Shown: in pieces, positions 32,831 through 42,400 of the stretch
Position numbering within the stretch: position 1 is the first letter of the stretch
Layout of the letters: every line of letters begins with the position of its first letter
Source of the DNA: an uncultured Pseudomonadota bacterium
Lineage (GTDB): Bacteria > Pseudomonadota > Alphaproteobacteria > JACZXZ01
DNA length: 64,000 nucleotides
NCBI GenBank assembly: GCA_963749075.1
Contig: CAVVLJ010000021.1
Span: 448,001 to 512,000, forward strand
Direction: 5' to 3'
Translations under genes and position numbers: made by a program
The notes under the pieces: generated by a model
Told to the model about the DNA's origin: nothing
Database searches by the model: none
Seen by the model: the letters and a program-made list of their open reading frames with translations, nothing else

Positions 32831-33311
32831 ATCATAAATCGGAGAGGCGTCGCAAGTTGGGCGCTAATTTGCCCAAGATGACGCCCAAGCCCGCGGCCAA
32901 ATTTTCCAGAAAATAGGTCCAACTGGGCTACATAAATTGCGCGACGGTACCAAGCTACATTGGTCCTGACGCGTTCGCATGCCAGACCATAATCCCTCAC
33001 TGATGCTCGCGCCACTTCATTAGGAGGGTCCAATGGATCACTTCGTCTTAGCGGCCCATGCGATCGTCTTGGCGATCGCCGCCACCCGCGAGTGGGCCTC
33101 AAGATGCGATGGAACTCATGCGATCGACGAACAATTCGCGATGCACGTCGCTGCGGCAGTCGCCATCTTCGAGTGGCTCAGGGTTATTAGCCTTTTTTGG
33201 GCGTGACAGGGTCGCCGCCGGGACGCCGGCGGCGGTTACTCGCCCGCCTTTGACCTGCCGGTGCTGAGCCCTGCGTTGCCACCTGCGGAACGAGAAACAA
33301 CGGAGAAAAAC

Positions 33312-33783
33312 ATGAGCTACGTTAAACATGAGCTTTTGGCTAACGAAAAGATCATCTTCCAGGGGAGGCTTCACTGGATCATCTTTTGGAAAGCCTTGAC
33401 GTTTGCCATTTGTGGTACTGGAATGCTGCCTCTCGGATACGCGCTTGGTGAAAGCCATGTGGTTATTCTTACGATTTCCGCATTCGCGTATTTTATTGCA
33501 GCTTGTCTGTTCGTGCCCGCTTGGTTTATTCGGTGGACTACGGAGTTCGCGGTCACAAATTTGAGGGTGATACACAAGACCGGATTTGTCTCCCGCCATA
33601 CCGAGGAAATGAATATTGGTAGGATTGAGTTTGTGGACGTTGATCAAACGATCCTCGGAAGAATTTTCGATTACGGTACGATTTCATGTGCTGGGAACCG
33701 GGCACGGTATTGAACACCTTCACTGTATCGCTGAGCCAATTAGGATTAGGAACGCAATTGTTGAAAGAGAGCATAGCTCATAG
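33312..33783 (+). pseudogene. bacterial PH domain (bPH_2) membrane protein, frameshifted near 33682
   Basis: Two TM segments, TTEFAVTNLRVIHKTG and VDQTILGRIFDYGTI; shifted frame continues HVLGTGHGIEHLHCIAEPIRIRNAI. Confidence 0.75.
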
Positions 33784-33794
33784 TGTCTTGCTCT

Positions 33795-33905
33795 TCTGCT
33801 GTTGGGAACCCTTCTTCGCAACACGTAGAAGATCGCGTTGACGATCTCGCGCCATGTCCAATCACGCGGCCTACTGAGCCGCTCCGGCGGCGGCGGAAGT
33901 CTAGT
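33795..33905 (-). mobile_element. IS5-family transposase N-terminal remnant
   Basis: Minus strand reads LPPPPERLSRPRDWTWREIVNAIFYVLRRR. Confidence 0.7.
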
Positions 33906-34032
33906 GTCTTATTGATGAACCCACGCGGCTACTCGCGCGCTGGAACGGATAACATGGTGCGGTATTGACAGAGCCTAAGTCGAATCCCGATTACAAACGG
34001 GAAGAACGGACGCTCACCGTTACAAAGGACTT

Positions 34033-34695
34033 TCAATCTTCCCAAAAGGACTTGAATCGCTCCGGCGAGAGCTCGGTGTAGCGTACCGTGTGCTGGATAT
34101 TCTTGTGTCCGAGATAGTGCTGTACAGCACGCGTGTCCTGTCCGTCGTTCGCGAGTTTGTACCCGCAGGCGTGCCGGAGCATGTGCGGGTGAATCGGAAA
34201 CGGAAATTTCGCGGTCCCCCCTATCCGTGCAAGCATCTTACGAAATCCCGCGGGCGTCATCGGCGCCCGGCGCTCGGTGTTGAACACGTAGCGCGATTGC
34301 GGCTCCTCGCGCTTGAGCCTGCGAAGTGATCGGATTTCGTTCCCGCCCATCGGATGCACGCTCGGCGTTCCGTTCTTGAGGCGCCGGACGTGGAGCAGAT
34401 CATTTCCCAGATCGACCTGATCCCATCTTAGCACGCAGAGCTCTCCAGGCCGAAGCCCGTGGCGGTACGCCGTGAGGATCATCGTCGCATTGCGATGCCC
34501 GTAGCGCCCCCGCTCCCGAGCGGTGCCCATGAGCAGTCCGACTTCCTTGAGCGTGAGATATTCCCGCGGCCGGCGCGTGCTGTTGCCTACTCGGCGCGGG
34601 GGTACTGTCCCATTTATAGTGCTTGGCGGTCTCCGCCGCCGGATGTTTTTGGCCTTTGTTTTCCCTGTCGCCATATCGTCTACTGTCCCGTTCAT
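34033..34695 (-). CDS. FimB/FimE-like tyrosine recombinase
   Basis: ~200 aa, REYLT..EV, RHGLR, RLKNG, HPHMLRHACG and YLGHKNIQHTVRYT motifs. Confidence 0.9.
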   Translation of the reverse strand: MNGTVDDMATGKTKAKNIRRRRPPSTINGTVPPRRVGNSTRRPREYLTLKEVGLLMGTARERGRYGHRNATMILTAYRHGLRPGELCVLRWDQVDLGNDLLHVRRLKNGTPSVHPMGGNEIRSLRRLKREEPQSRYVFNTERRAPMTPAGFRKMLARIGGTAKFPFPIHPHMLRHACGYKLANDGQDTRAVQHYLGHKNIQHTVRYTELSPERFKSFWED

Positions 34696-35000
34696 GCCTC
34701 TTTTCGGGACAGTTCAACTTTACCACACCCTGGCAGCTCCAAGCATGAACGCTTCTGAACTCGACTCTCCCATTCTCTTCCCTTAACTCGCCACCTCGAA
34801 ATCGATTTCCCTCGAACCGCTATGTCGGCAGGCCACGCTTGCCTGACCTAGGGATACCTTGATGAACGACCTCCTTTTGCGAGCGCCTGCTCAATGCTAT
34901 TCTAAGCGCGCGAGCACCACGATGGTCGACGTCTGGAAAAACGTCGGAGACGATCGGTCTGCGACGCCCCATTCGATAACCCTATTAATCGGAGCGACAC

Positions 35001-36011
35001 TTGCCAGATAGTTCGATAAGGCCGAAAACTAAGCGCCGCAATGGAGCGGTCACACGTGCATATCGCACGAAGCTCGGTAAGATGATCAATGGAACCATCG
35101 AAGATGCCCTTAGTCACCACGAACTAGCTCGAGCTCGAGGCAAGGTCAATCTCATTCTAACTTCGCCACCCTTTCCATTAGTCAGAAAGAAGCGTTACGG
35201 AAACAAGTCAGGAAAAACATATGTCGCTTGGCTTAAGGGCCTCGCGCCCCGGCTCGCCGAGTTGCTCGCGCCGAACGGATCAATTGTGATCGAGGTGGGC
35301 AACGCATGGGTAGAGGGATCGCCTGCCATGTCGACGTTGCCCATTGAAGCGCTTCTTGCATTCAAGAGAGCGGCAAAGCTCCACCTCTGCCAGCATATAA
35401 TTTGCCACAACCCGGCGCGGCTTCCGAGTCCGGCCGAGTGGGTAAATGTCCGACGCATCCGCTTGAAAGACTCGTTCACCCATGTATGGTGGATGTCTCG
35501 ATCCGAGTTACCGAAAGCCGATAATCGAAATGTCCTCACGCCATACGGCAAACAAATGAGGAAGCTTTTGAAAACAAAAAAATATAACTCCGGTAGGCGC
35601 CCGTCTGGCCACGTGATTTCGAAAACGGGATTTCTAAAGGACCGCCAGGGCGCAATCTCGGCCAACGTTATTGACTTTGCTCCCGAAGACCCCAAGTTAC
35701 CCCGCTCCCTTCTAAAATTCTCGGGCACTTCGTGGGACATAAATTACCGCAAATACTGTGAAAAGAAGAAAACAGCCGTTCACCCAGCGCGCATGCAAAT
35801 GGATTTGGCCGCGTTTTTAATACAATTTCTAACTGATCTAGGAGATTTAGTCTTAGACCCTTTTGCGGGATCAAATACAACCGGAGCCGCCGCAGAAGAG
35901 CTTGGCCGCCGCTGGATAAGTGTTGAGGCAATATCCGGATACGTCAAAGGGTCGAAAGGGCGCTTCAATCAGTTCGCGAAGCGTCGGAAGGCGAGCACCA
36001 AAAACCGATAA
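35001..36011 (+). CDS. site-specific DNA methyltransferase (beta class, likely N4-cytosine)
   Basis: LILTSPPF catalytic motif first, then HPAR and VLDPFAGSNTTG SAM-binding motif. Confidence 0.9.
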   Translation: MPDSSIRPKTKRRNGAVTRAYRTKLGKMINGTIEDALSHHELARARGKVNLILTSPPFPLVRKKRYGNKSGKTYVAWLKGLAPRLAELLAPNGSIVIEVGNAWVEGSPAMSTLPIEALLAFKRAAKLHLCQHIICHNPARLPSPAEWVNVRRIRLKDSFTHVWWMSRSELPKADNRNVLTPYGKQMRKLLKTKKYNSGRRPSGHVISKTGFLKDRQGAISANVIDFAPEDPKLPRSLLKFSGTSWDINYRKYCEKKKTAVHPARMQMDLAAFLIQFLTDLGDLVLDPFAGSNTTGAAAEELGRRWISVEAISGYVKGSKGRFNQFAKRRKASTKNR

Positions 36012-36019
36012 GTATCGGA

Positions 36020-37609
36020 ATGGAGGAGGCAATGACCTCTGACAAGATTGAAACCGAGCTCACTATAGGTCCGGAGGCTATCGACGCATATAGCCGGCTC
36101 AATTATACAATGTGGCACGCCCTCGCTGAGTTTATCGATAACTCGACGCAGTCAAGGGTGAACTATGAGCCGATCATTGATGACGTGCTAAAAAGTGAGG
36201 GGCAGCCTCTCACTGTCGAGATTAACCACAACCGCCTACGCAAGGAGATAACCGTTAAAGACAATTCGATTGGAATGACGAGAGACGACCTGATCCAAGC
36301 CCTCCGCATCGCTCATCGAACCAAGGACAGCAAGGGACGTTCGAAGTACGGCATGGGAATGAAGACAGCTGCATGTTGGATAGGTCGCACTTGGAAGGTT
36401 GTGACATGCGAGTGGAGCAGCGGCGAGGAATGGACGGCAGAGATCGATGTCAAAGCGATCGCACATGATAATAAGAAGATTTCGCTGAGTATGCGCCCTG
36501 TAAGTAGGGATGAGCATTACACACAAATAGTCATATCTGACCTCCATCGAAACATCCAGGCGCGCACCGAGGAAACTATCAAAGGGTACCTTGGATCGAT
36601 GTATCGGGTCGATCTCCTCGCGGGCAACCTCAAGATTTTGTACAACGGCGACGAAGTGAAGGCACCGGAAGAATACGACATCGATACAGACCCCTCGGGT
36701 AATCAGTATAAGCGGGAGTTGCCCGAGACTAAGATCAACGGCAAGATTGTAAAAGGCTGGATTGCCGTGCTTCGAAAAGGTGGCCGCAAGTTTGGCGGGT
36801 TTTCGTTGTTCCAAAACAATAGACAAATTCAGGGATTTCCCCACGCATGGAAACCGAGAAGTATTTACGGCGGTGTGGACGATGAAGGGGCCAATAATCT
36901 GATCTCCCAACGCCTCGTGGGGGTTTTCGATTTGGACGGTTTCGAAGTGTCGCATACGAAGGACGCCATTCTCTTCGAGGATGACGAAGAAGAACAGATT
37001 GAACGCCTGCTTTTTGGGTTTACAAAAGACTATCGAGACTACGCGCAAAGGCGTCGTGGCCCGCGCGGAACGCCGTGGTCCCGGGACAAGGTTCGTGACT
37101 TAATCGAGAGCATGAAGAAAGAGTTTGTTACTCCCGAAATGAAGGACGCAATAAACAATTCGCTGCTTCCTCCGATCGACACGATTATCGGAAACAACGA
37201 GCAGCGACGCGACGCGCTAACCGACGCAGAAAAGCTGGCAACGATCGAAGTCCTACCAGAGCTTCGCGTCGTCGTCTCGCTTCAGGAAAAGAGCGAGCAT
37301 GAGCCGCATCTGACGATCGTAGCTGGCGCTACAGCAGGTACTATTCACGTAATTATAAACGGACTGCATCCCTACTACTGCGCCTTAGATTCCAGCGACG
37401 CAGTGGACGAGTGCATTCGTCAATATCTCTATGATGCCATCTCGGAATATCGGGTATCCAAACTCACTGGGGGAATTAATCCCAACAGCATTCGTCGACT
37501 TAAAAACGATCTCCTTCGGGTCGATGCGGTACGGATAGAGGATGCAGCCAAGGCCGTCCAAGATGGAGAGTTTGAGGCAATTATCCGCGGCGAGGCCTCA
37601 AAAGCATAA
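36020..37609 (+). CDS. MORC/GHKL-type ATPase
   Basis: ALAEFIDNS, DNSIGM, GRSKYGMGMKTAA and HYTQIVI Bergerat-fold motifs; S5-like middle domain (NRQI, SHTKD). Confidence 0.85.
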   Translation: MEEAMTSDKIETELTIGPEAIDAYSRLNYTMWHALAEFIDNSTQSRVNYEPIIDDVLKSEGQPLTVEINHNRLRKEITVKDNSIGMTRDDLIQALRIAHRTKDSKGRSKYGMGMKTAACWIGRTWKVVTCEWSSGEEWTAEIDVKAIAHDNKKISLSMRPVSRDEHYTQIVISDLHRNIQARTEETIKGYLGSMYRVDLLAGNLKILYNGDEVKAPEEYDIDTDPSGNQYKRELPETKINGKIVKGWIAVLRKGGRKFGGFSLFQNNRQIQGFPHAWKPRSIYGGVDDEGANNLISQRLVGVFDLDGFEVSHTKDAILFEDDEEEQIERLLFGFTKDYRDYAQRRRGPRGTPWSRDKVRDLIESMKKEFVTPEMKDAINNSLLPPIDTIIGNNEQRRDALTDAEKLATIEVLPELRVVVSLQEKSEHEPHLTIVAGATAGTIHVIINGLHPYYCALDSSDAVDECIRQYLYDAISEYRVSKLTGGINPNSIRRLKNDLLRVDAVRIEDAAKAVQDGEFEAIIRGEASKA

Positions 37610-37613
37610 CCAC

Positions 37614-38771
37614 GTGGTGCCAAAATTGGAACTCCGAAACTGGCAAAACGAGGCGTTGGCTCGATGGGAGGAGAATAGCCACCGCGGCATAATCGAAGTC
37701 GTTACCGGAGGAGGTAAGACCATATTTGCACTGTCGTGCATCGATAAGCTAAATCCCGATACGTCGCTGGTAGTAGTTCCGACCATTGCGCTATTGGATC
37801 AATGGTGGGAGGAAGCAGCAAGTTTTTTTGGCATCGAGATCGATGAGGTTCATGTCATCACCGGACGGCAGAAGGTCAGAGTTGGCACGATTAATCTTGC
37901 GGTGCTCAACACTGCATCGAAGCTCCATGAACAAGCCCGAAGTCAGCGTTGCTTCCTAATTGTCGATGAATGCCATAAGGCAGCGAGCGAACAATTTCGG
38001 GCCGTCTTGAATATTCCTACGGTTGCGACCCTCGGTTTATCGGCGACACCAGAACGTCCTTACGATGATGGGCTTCGCGCAATTCTTGTTCCTGCCCTTG
38101 GCCCCGTAATTTATACATACAGCTATAGAGACGCCCTTCGTGATGGCGTGATAGTCCCATTCGCCCTTCGCAACATACTATTTGAGCTCGAGGAGGACCG
38201 GCAAAAAGAATATAGCAAGCTTACCAAAGCAATCGCCCGTACCATTGACCTGTATGGTGTTGACGCACAAGAGACGGTCAAGCTGTTTTTACGCCGCGCC
38301 CGAGTGCTAAATCTTAGTCTCAATCGCGTTCGTTTGGCCCTGAAAATTGTTGCCGCCCATAAAGGTCAGCGAGTGTTGATTTTTCACGAGGACATCGAAG
38401 CATGCAATTTGATTCACCAGATTCTTGCGGAAAACAAAGTGCGGGTTGGAATATATCACTCGAAGATGTTGCTTCGTGACCGTGTTGACATGCTGTCGGC
38501 ATATCGCAGGGGCGTCGTGGATGTGCTCGTCACCTGTCGGGCGCTTGATGAAGGGTTCAATGTGCCTGAGACTGAGATCGGTATTATAGCCGCGAGCACG
38601 GCAACGAGGCGTCAGCGCATCCAGCGTCTGGGGCGAGTCCTCCGCCCCTCTATGGGCAAGGGCAGAGCCATTGTATATACCCTCGTTGCAACCGAGCCGG
38701 AAATTGGGCGGTTGCAAGCGGAAGAAACGGACCTTGAGGGTGTCGCTGATGTGACGTGGGGGCACGCGTGA
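37614..38771 (+). CDS. DEAD/DEAH-box SF2 helicase (XPB/ResIII-like)
   Basis: LRNWQ, TGGGKT, DECH, LSAT, LDEGFNVP and QRLGRVLR motifs. Confidence 0.9.
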   Translation: MVPKLELRNWQNEALARWEENSHRGIIEVVTGGGKTIFALSCIDKLNPDTSLVVVPTIALLDQWWEEAASFFGIEIDEVHVITGRQKVRVGTINLAVLNTASKLHEQARSQRCFLIVDECHKAASEQFRAVLNIPTVATLGLSATPERPYDDGLRAILVPALGPVIYTYSYRDALRDGVIVPFALRNILFELEEDRQKEYSKLTKAIARTIDLYGVDAQETVKLFLRRARVLNLSLNRVRLALKIVAAHKGQRVLIFHEDIEACNLIHQILAENKVRVGIYHSKMLLRDRVDMLSAYRRGVVDVLVTCRALDEGFNVPETEIGIIAASTATRRQRIQRLGRVLRPSMGKGRAIVYTLVATEPEIGRLQAEETDLEGVADVTWGHA

Positions 38772-38945
38772 GAACGATTTTTGTTGGTGAATGCGCCCCG
38801 GACAAGATTCTTCACGTGTCCGACCCTGACGCTCCGAACGAAACCCAATTCGAGTTTATGGTGGTTAGAGCGTTATCATGCGTCTACCCTGACTATTTAT
38901 GCTTCATTTTTGGTGGATCGTTTCGTTACGATGACAAACTTTGCC
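38768..38945 (+). pseudogene. 5' fragment of a gene interrupted by IS3 (possible nuclease)
   Basis: GTGA overlap with the helicase stop; reads VRTIFVG...NETQFEFMVVRALSCVYPDY...; cut at the IS left end. Confidence 0.6.
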
Positions 38946-39013
38946 TGAGCTGGTCCTGGAAAATCGGACAGGGTGATAAGGTGTATTCCGCCGGATAACG
39001 GAGGGATACGACG

Positions 39014-39295
39014 ATGACGACGAGACGGCGGTTTACGGGCGATTTCAAGGCCCGGGTAGCCCTGGAAGCGTTGCGGGGCGACAAGACGGTTCAGGAGATC
39101 GCGGCCAAGCACAAGGTGCATCCGAACCAGGTGAGCACGTGGAAGCGCCAAGCGATCGACGGCTTGGGCGAGGTGTTCTCGAGCGGGGTGGACCGCGAGC
39201 GCCAGGATCACGAGAGCGAGGTTCGCGATCTCCACGCCAAGATCGGGCAGTTGACGGTGGAACGGGATTTTTTGGCCAGAGGGCTCAAGCGATGA
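39014..39295 (+). CDS. IS3 family transposase OrfA
   Basis: RRRFTGDFKARVALEAL...HPNQVSTWK...KIGQLTVERDFL. Confidence 0.92.
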   Translation: MTTRRRFTGDFKARVALEALRGDKTVQEIAAKHKVHPNQVSTWKRQAIDGLGEVFSSGVDRERQDHESEVRDLHAKIGQLTVERDFLARGLKR

Positions 39296-40248
39296 GCCGG
39301 GGGGAACGCAAGGCGATGATCACGCCCGGCCACCCCGACTTGAGCTTGAGCCGCCAATGCCGGCTTCTCTCGATCAGCCGCTCCTCGTTCTATTACGCCC
39401 CCAGGGGCGAGAGCCCGGAGAACCTGGCGCTGATGCGCCGCATCGACGAGCTGTTTCTGCGCTGCCCCTTCTACGGCAGCCGGCAAATGGTGCGCCAGTT
39501 GCGACGGGAGGATATCTCGGTCGGCCGCCACCGGGTTCGGCGGCTGATGCGCCTCATGGGCCTGGAGGCGATCTACCAGGCGCCGAGAACCAGCACGCCG
39601 CACCCGGCGCACCGGGTCTATCCCTATCTGCTGCGGGATGTGGCGGTGGACCGCCCCGATCATGTCTGGTGCGCCGACATCACCTACATCCCGGTGCGGC
39701 GCGGCTTCCTCTATCTGGTCGCGATCATGGACTGGGCGACGCGCCATGTCCTGGCGTGGCGGCTGTCGAACACCATGGATGCCAGGTTCTGCATCGAGGC
39801 GCTGAACGAGGCGCTGGCCGAATACGGCCGGCCCGAGATCTTCAACACCGACCAGGGCAGCCAGTTCACCAGCCTCGACTTCACCGGCGTGCTCAAGGAC
39901 GCGGCGATCGCGATCTCGATGGACGGGCGGGGGCGGTGCCTGGACAACATCTTCATCGAGCGCCTCTGGCGGTCGCTGAAATACGAGGCCGTCTACCTGC
40001 ACGAGATGACGGATGGCTTCGCGGCCGAGCGTGTCATCGGCGAGTGGATCGCGTTCTACAACACCGAGCGGCCGCACTCGGCGCTTGACGGCAGGACGCC
40101 CGCGGAAGCCTACTCGACCGGGCGGCCTGTGGATATGATGGACAAGGCTGGCGCCTTGCCCACATCTCCACAGGCCCAACAGCAACAAAAAGCGTTCAAC
40201 ATGATTCGAAGTCTTGGCAGCGTGATCAGCATCCGGAATACACCTTAA
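39292..40248 (+). CDS. IS3 family transposase OrfB (DDE integrase core)
   Basis: WCADITY, FNTDQGSQF, DNIFIERLWRSLKYE and YNTERPHS motifs. Confidence 0.92.
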   Translation: MSRGERKAMITPGHPDLSLSRQCRLLSISRSSFYYAPRGESPENLALMRRIDELFLRCPFYGSRQMVRQLRREDISVGRHRVRRLMRLMGLEAIYQAPRTSTPHPAHRVYPYLLRDVAVDRPDHVWCADITYIPVRRGFLYLVAIMDWATRHVLAWRLSNTMDARFCIEALNEALAEYGRPEIFNTDQGSQFTSLDFTGVLKDAAIAISMDGRGRCLDNIFIERLWRSLKYEAVYLHEMTDGFAAERVIGEWIAFYNTERPHSALDGRTPAEAYSTGRPVDMMDKAGALPTSPQAQQQQKAFNMIRSLGSVISIRNTP

Positions 40249-40535
40249 ATCCGCTGCCACCTGTCCAAACAACCAGGACCAGCTCAAACATCCGGGATGG
40301 CTCTTACGTGCAGCTCATCCGAACGATCGATCGCAGGCTTTCACTTCGTCATTCGTTCCCATTGCCGTAAGTGCGCCGTTCGACCCGATCGGCCAGTATC
40401 CTTAGCACCAGTCCCTCAGCTCTCACCACCGCCTCGGCGCGGGCGCCCTGCCATGCCCGGCCTATGAGCCTTCTAACAGCAGCGCTGCCGTGCTAAAACC
40501 TCGCAGCTTACCGTGAAATTTTTAAACGACATTCA

Positions 40536-40558
40536 GTGAGAGCCTATAGCGAGCCTAA
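40536..40558 (+). repeat. putative integrase arm-type sites at the right end
   Basis: gtgagagcctatagcgagcctaa matches 22598-22620. Confidence 0.75.
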
Positions 40559-40562
40559 GCAT

Positions 40563-40591
40563 TTGACCTTGAGACGTAACTTATTGACAAT
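40563..40591 (+). promoter_or_regulatory. island-borne sigma70-like promoter upstream of the intact tRNA
   Basis: TTGACC-17 bp-GACAAT ending 8 nt before the tRNA 5' end. Confidence 0.55.
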
Positions 40592-40599
40592 ATTAAGAA

Positions 40600-40676
40600 G
40601 TCCCCGTAGCTCAGCAGGATAGAGCGACAGATTCCTAATCTGTAGGCCGTGGGTTCGAATCCCGCCGGGGACGCCA
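40600..40676 (+). tRNA. tRNA-Arg(CCT)
   Basis: Acceptor gtccccg/cggggac, anticodon arm acaga-ttCCTaa-tctgt, T-loop ttcgaat, 3' CCA. Confidence 0.97.
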
Positions 40677-40780
40677 AACTGCCCGAGCGACGCTCGGAGC
40701 ACGTGGACCGCAGAGACGGAGTCTGGCCCGTCGGCGATCCCGCCGAGCGGCCGCGTGCCGCGGCGGAACGGAGTGGGCAA

Positions 40781-41785
40781 ATGCAACATCGCCAGCTTGG
40801 CGCGGCGGGTCCGCGCGTCTCGGCTCTCGGCCTCGGCTGCATGGGCATGTCGGGCATGTACGGGCCGGCCGACCGGGCTGAGAGCATCGCCACCATCCAC
40901 GCCGCCCTCGAGGCCGGGGTGACGCTCCTCGACACGGGCGACTTCTACGGCATGGGCCACAACGAGATGCTGATCGGCGAGGCGCTCAAGGGTGCCAAGC
41001 GCATGGAAGCGCTCGTCAGCGTCAAGTTCGGTGCGCTGCGCGATCCCGCCGGAGGATGGCTCGGCTACGACGCCAGGCCGGCGGCGGTGAAGAACTTCCT
41101 TGCCCACTCGCTGCAGCGCCTCGGGCTCGCTCACATCGACATCTACCGCCCGGCGCGCCTCGATCCTGAGGTGCCGATCGAGGAGACGGTCGGTGCCGTC
41201 GCCGAGATGGTGCGGGCGGGCTACGTGCGCTACATCGGCCTCTCCGAAGTCGGCCCCAAGACCATTCGCAGGGCCGCCGCCGTGCATCCGATCGCCGATC
41301 TCCAGATCGAATATTCGCTGATCTCGCGCGGCATCGAGGACGGCATCCTCGCTGCCTGCCGCGAGCTCGGCATTGGTATTACGGCCTATGGCGTGCTCTC
41401 GCGCGGCCTGATCGGCGGGCATTGGCGGAAAGCGGGCGCCGGTCGCGGCGATTTCCGCACGCAGAGCCCGCGCTTCCAGGATGGCAACGTGGAGCGCAAC
41501 TTGGCCCTCGTCGAGGCGCTGCGCGGAATCGCGGGCGCCAAGGGCTTGAGCGTCGCCCAGATGGCCATCGCCTGGGTGGCGGCGCAAGGCGAGGACATCG
41601 TGCCCCTCGTGGGCGCCCGTCGCCGCGACCGGCTCGAGGAGGCGCTTGGCGCGCTCAATACCGCACTGACGCCCGCGGATCTGGCCAAGATCGAGAGGGC
41701 GGTGCCCAAGGGTGCCGCCGCCGGCGAGCGCTATGCGCCGCTCCAGATGGCGCATCTCGACAGCGAGGCGGCGCGTCATGGGTGA
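40781..41785 (+). CDS. aldo/keto reductase
   Basis: LGLGCMGMS, DTGDFYG, IGLSE and QIEYSL motifs. Confidence 0.92.
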   Translation: MQHRQLGAAGPRVSALGLGCMGMSGMYGPADRAESIATIHAALEAGVTLLDTGDFYGMGHNEMLIGEALKGAKRMEALVSVKFGALRDPAGGWLGYDARPAAVKNFLAHSLQRLGLAHIDIYRPARLDPEVPIEETVGAVAEMVRAGYVRYIGLSEVGPKTIRRAAAVHPIADLQIEYSLISRGIEDGILAACRELGIGITAYGVLSRGLIGGHWRKAGAGRGDFRTQSPRFQDGNVERNLALVEALRGIAGAKGLSVAQMAIAWVAAQGEDIVPLVGARRRDRLEEALGALNTALTPADLAKIERAVPKGAAAGERYAPLQMAHLDSEAARHG

Positions 41786-41862
41786 CAGGATCGTCATCGT
41801 GACCGGCGGGGCTTGCGCGTTAGAATGGCGACAACCGCGCCGCTTGAGCCCGAGGTCGAGCG

Positions 41863-42282
41863 ATGGCAACCGATCCGGACATATTTGCCGCCGCCGAGCA
41901 AGATGACCCGGCCGCTCTCCTCGAGAGGATTCCGGACAGTAAATCTCCCTTCGAGCTGTGCGACCGCGACGGCATCTCGCTCGTCCTGTTCTGCCTCTAC
42001 CGGGGCTTGAGAAAAAACCTCGCCGCCTGCGCGGGACGGGTCGAGAAGGCGGACGCGCTACGGCTGTTGATCGCCGCCACCTCCGACATCGACGCGCGCC
42101 AGGGCGGCGGCTGGACGCCGCTCATGCCGGCGAGCGTCAACGGCATGGCGGAGGCGGCCGCGGCACTGCTCGAGGCCGGCGCCGACGCCGCACTCGCCAG
42201 CGACAAAGGGAAGGCCGCGGCCGATCTGGCGCGCGAGCAGGGTCATCTCCTGATCGTCGAGCGGCGCGCCAAAGCCGGCTGA
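41863..42282 (+). CDS. ankyrin repeat protein, possibly internally deleted
   Basis: GWTPLM.AS.NG...LLEAGAD and GKAAADLA...GH; the repeat array looks abbreviated. Confidence 0.65.
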   Translation: MATDPDIFAAAEQDDPAALLERIPDSKSPFELCDRDGISLVLFCLYRGLRKNLAACAGRVEKADALRLLIAATSDIDARQGGGWTPLMPASVNGMAEAAAALLEAGADAALASDKGKAAADLAREQGHLLIVERRAKAG

Positions 42283-42400
42283 GCCGACGCGGCGGCTCCG
42301 AGCGCGCTTGACATCGGCCCATGGGCGCTCATATAGGCGCATATACGCGTATTTCGCGCGAAGAGCCCGCCTGCCGGCCCGGGAAGGAGAGGCGCCTGCC

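Larger units (their letters stand above)
38946..40286 (+). mobile_element. IS3-family insertion sequence (1341 bp)
   Basis: TG...CA ends with IRs tgagctggtcctggaaaatcggacagg / cctgtccaaacaaccaggaccagctca; orfA and orfB present. Confidence 0.95.

Noticed and set aside
33055-33215. Possible degenerate IS5 C-terminal remnant on the minus strand (PKKANNPEP...RVAAIAKT)
   Set aside because: Too decayed, with stops and frameshifts, to support without alignment.
35001-38945. DISARM, BREX or Type III RM assignment
   Set aside because: No DrmA/DrmB-sized helicase or DUF1998, no PglZ/BrxC, and the helicase lacks the length and nuclease tail of a Type III Res subunit.
40126-40175. Strong hairpin cctgtgga...tccacagg
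   Set aside because: Internal to the IS3 element's 3' region; not an independent feature.
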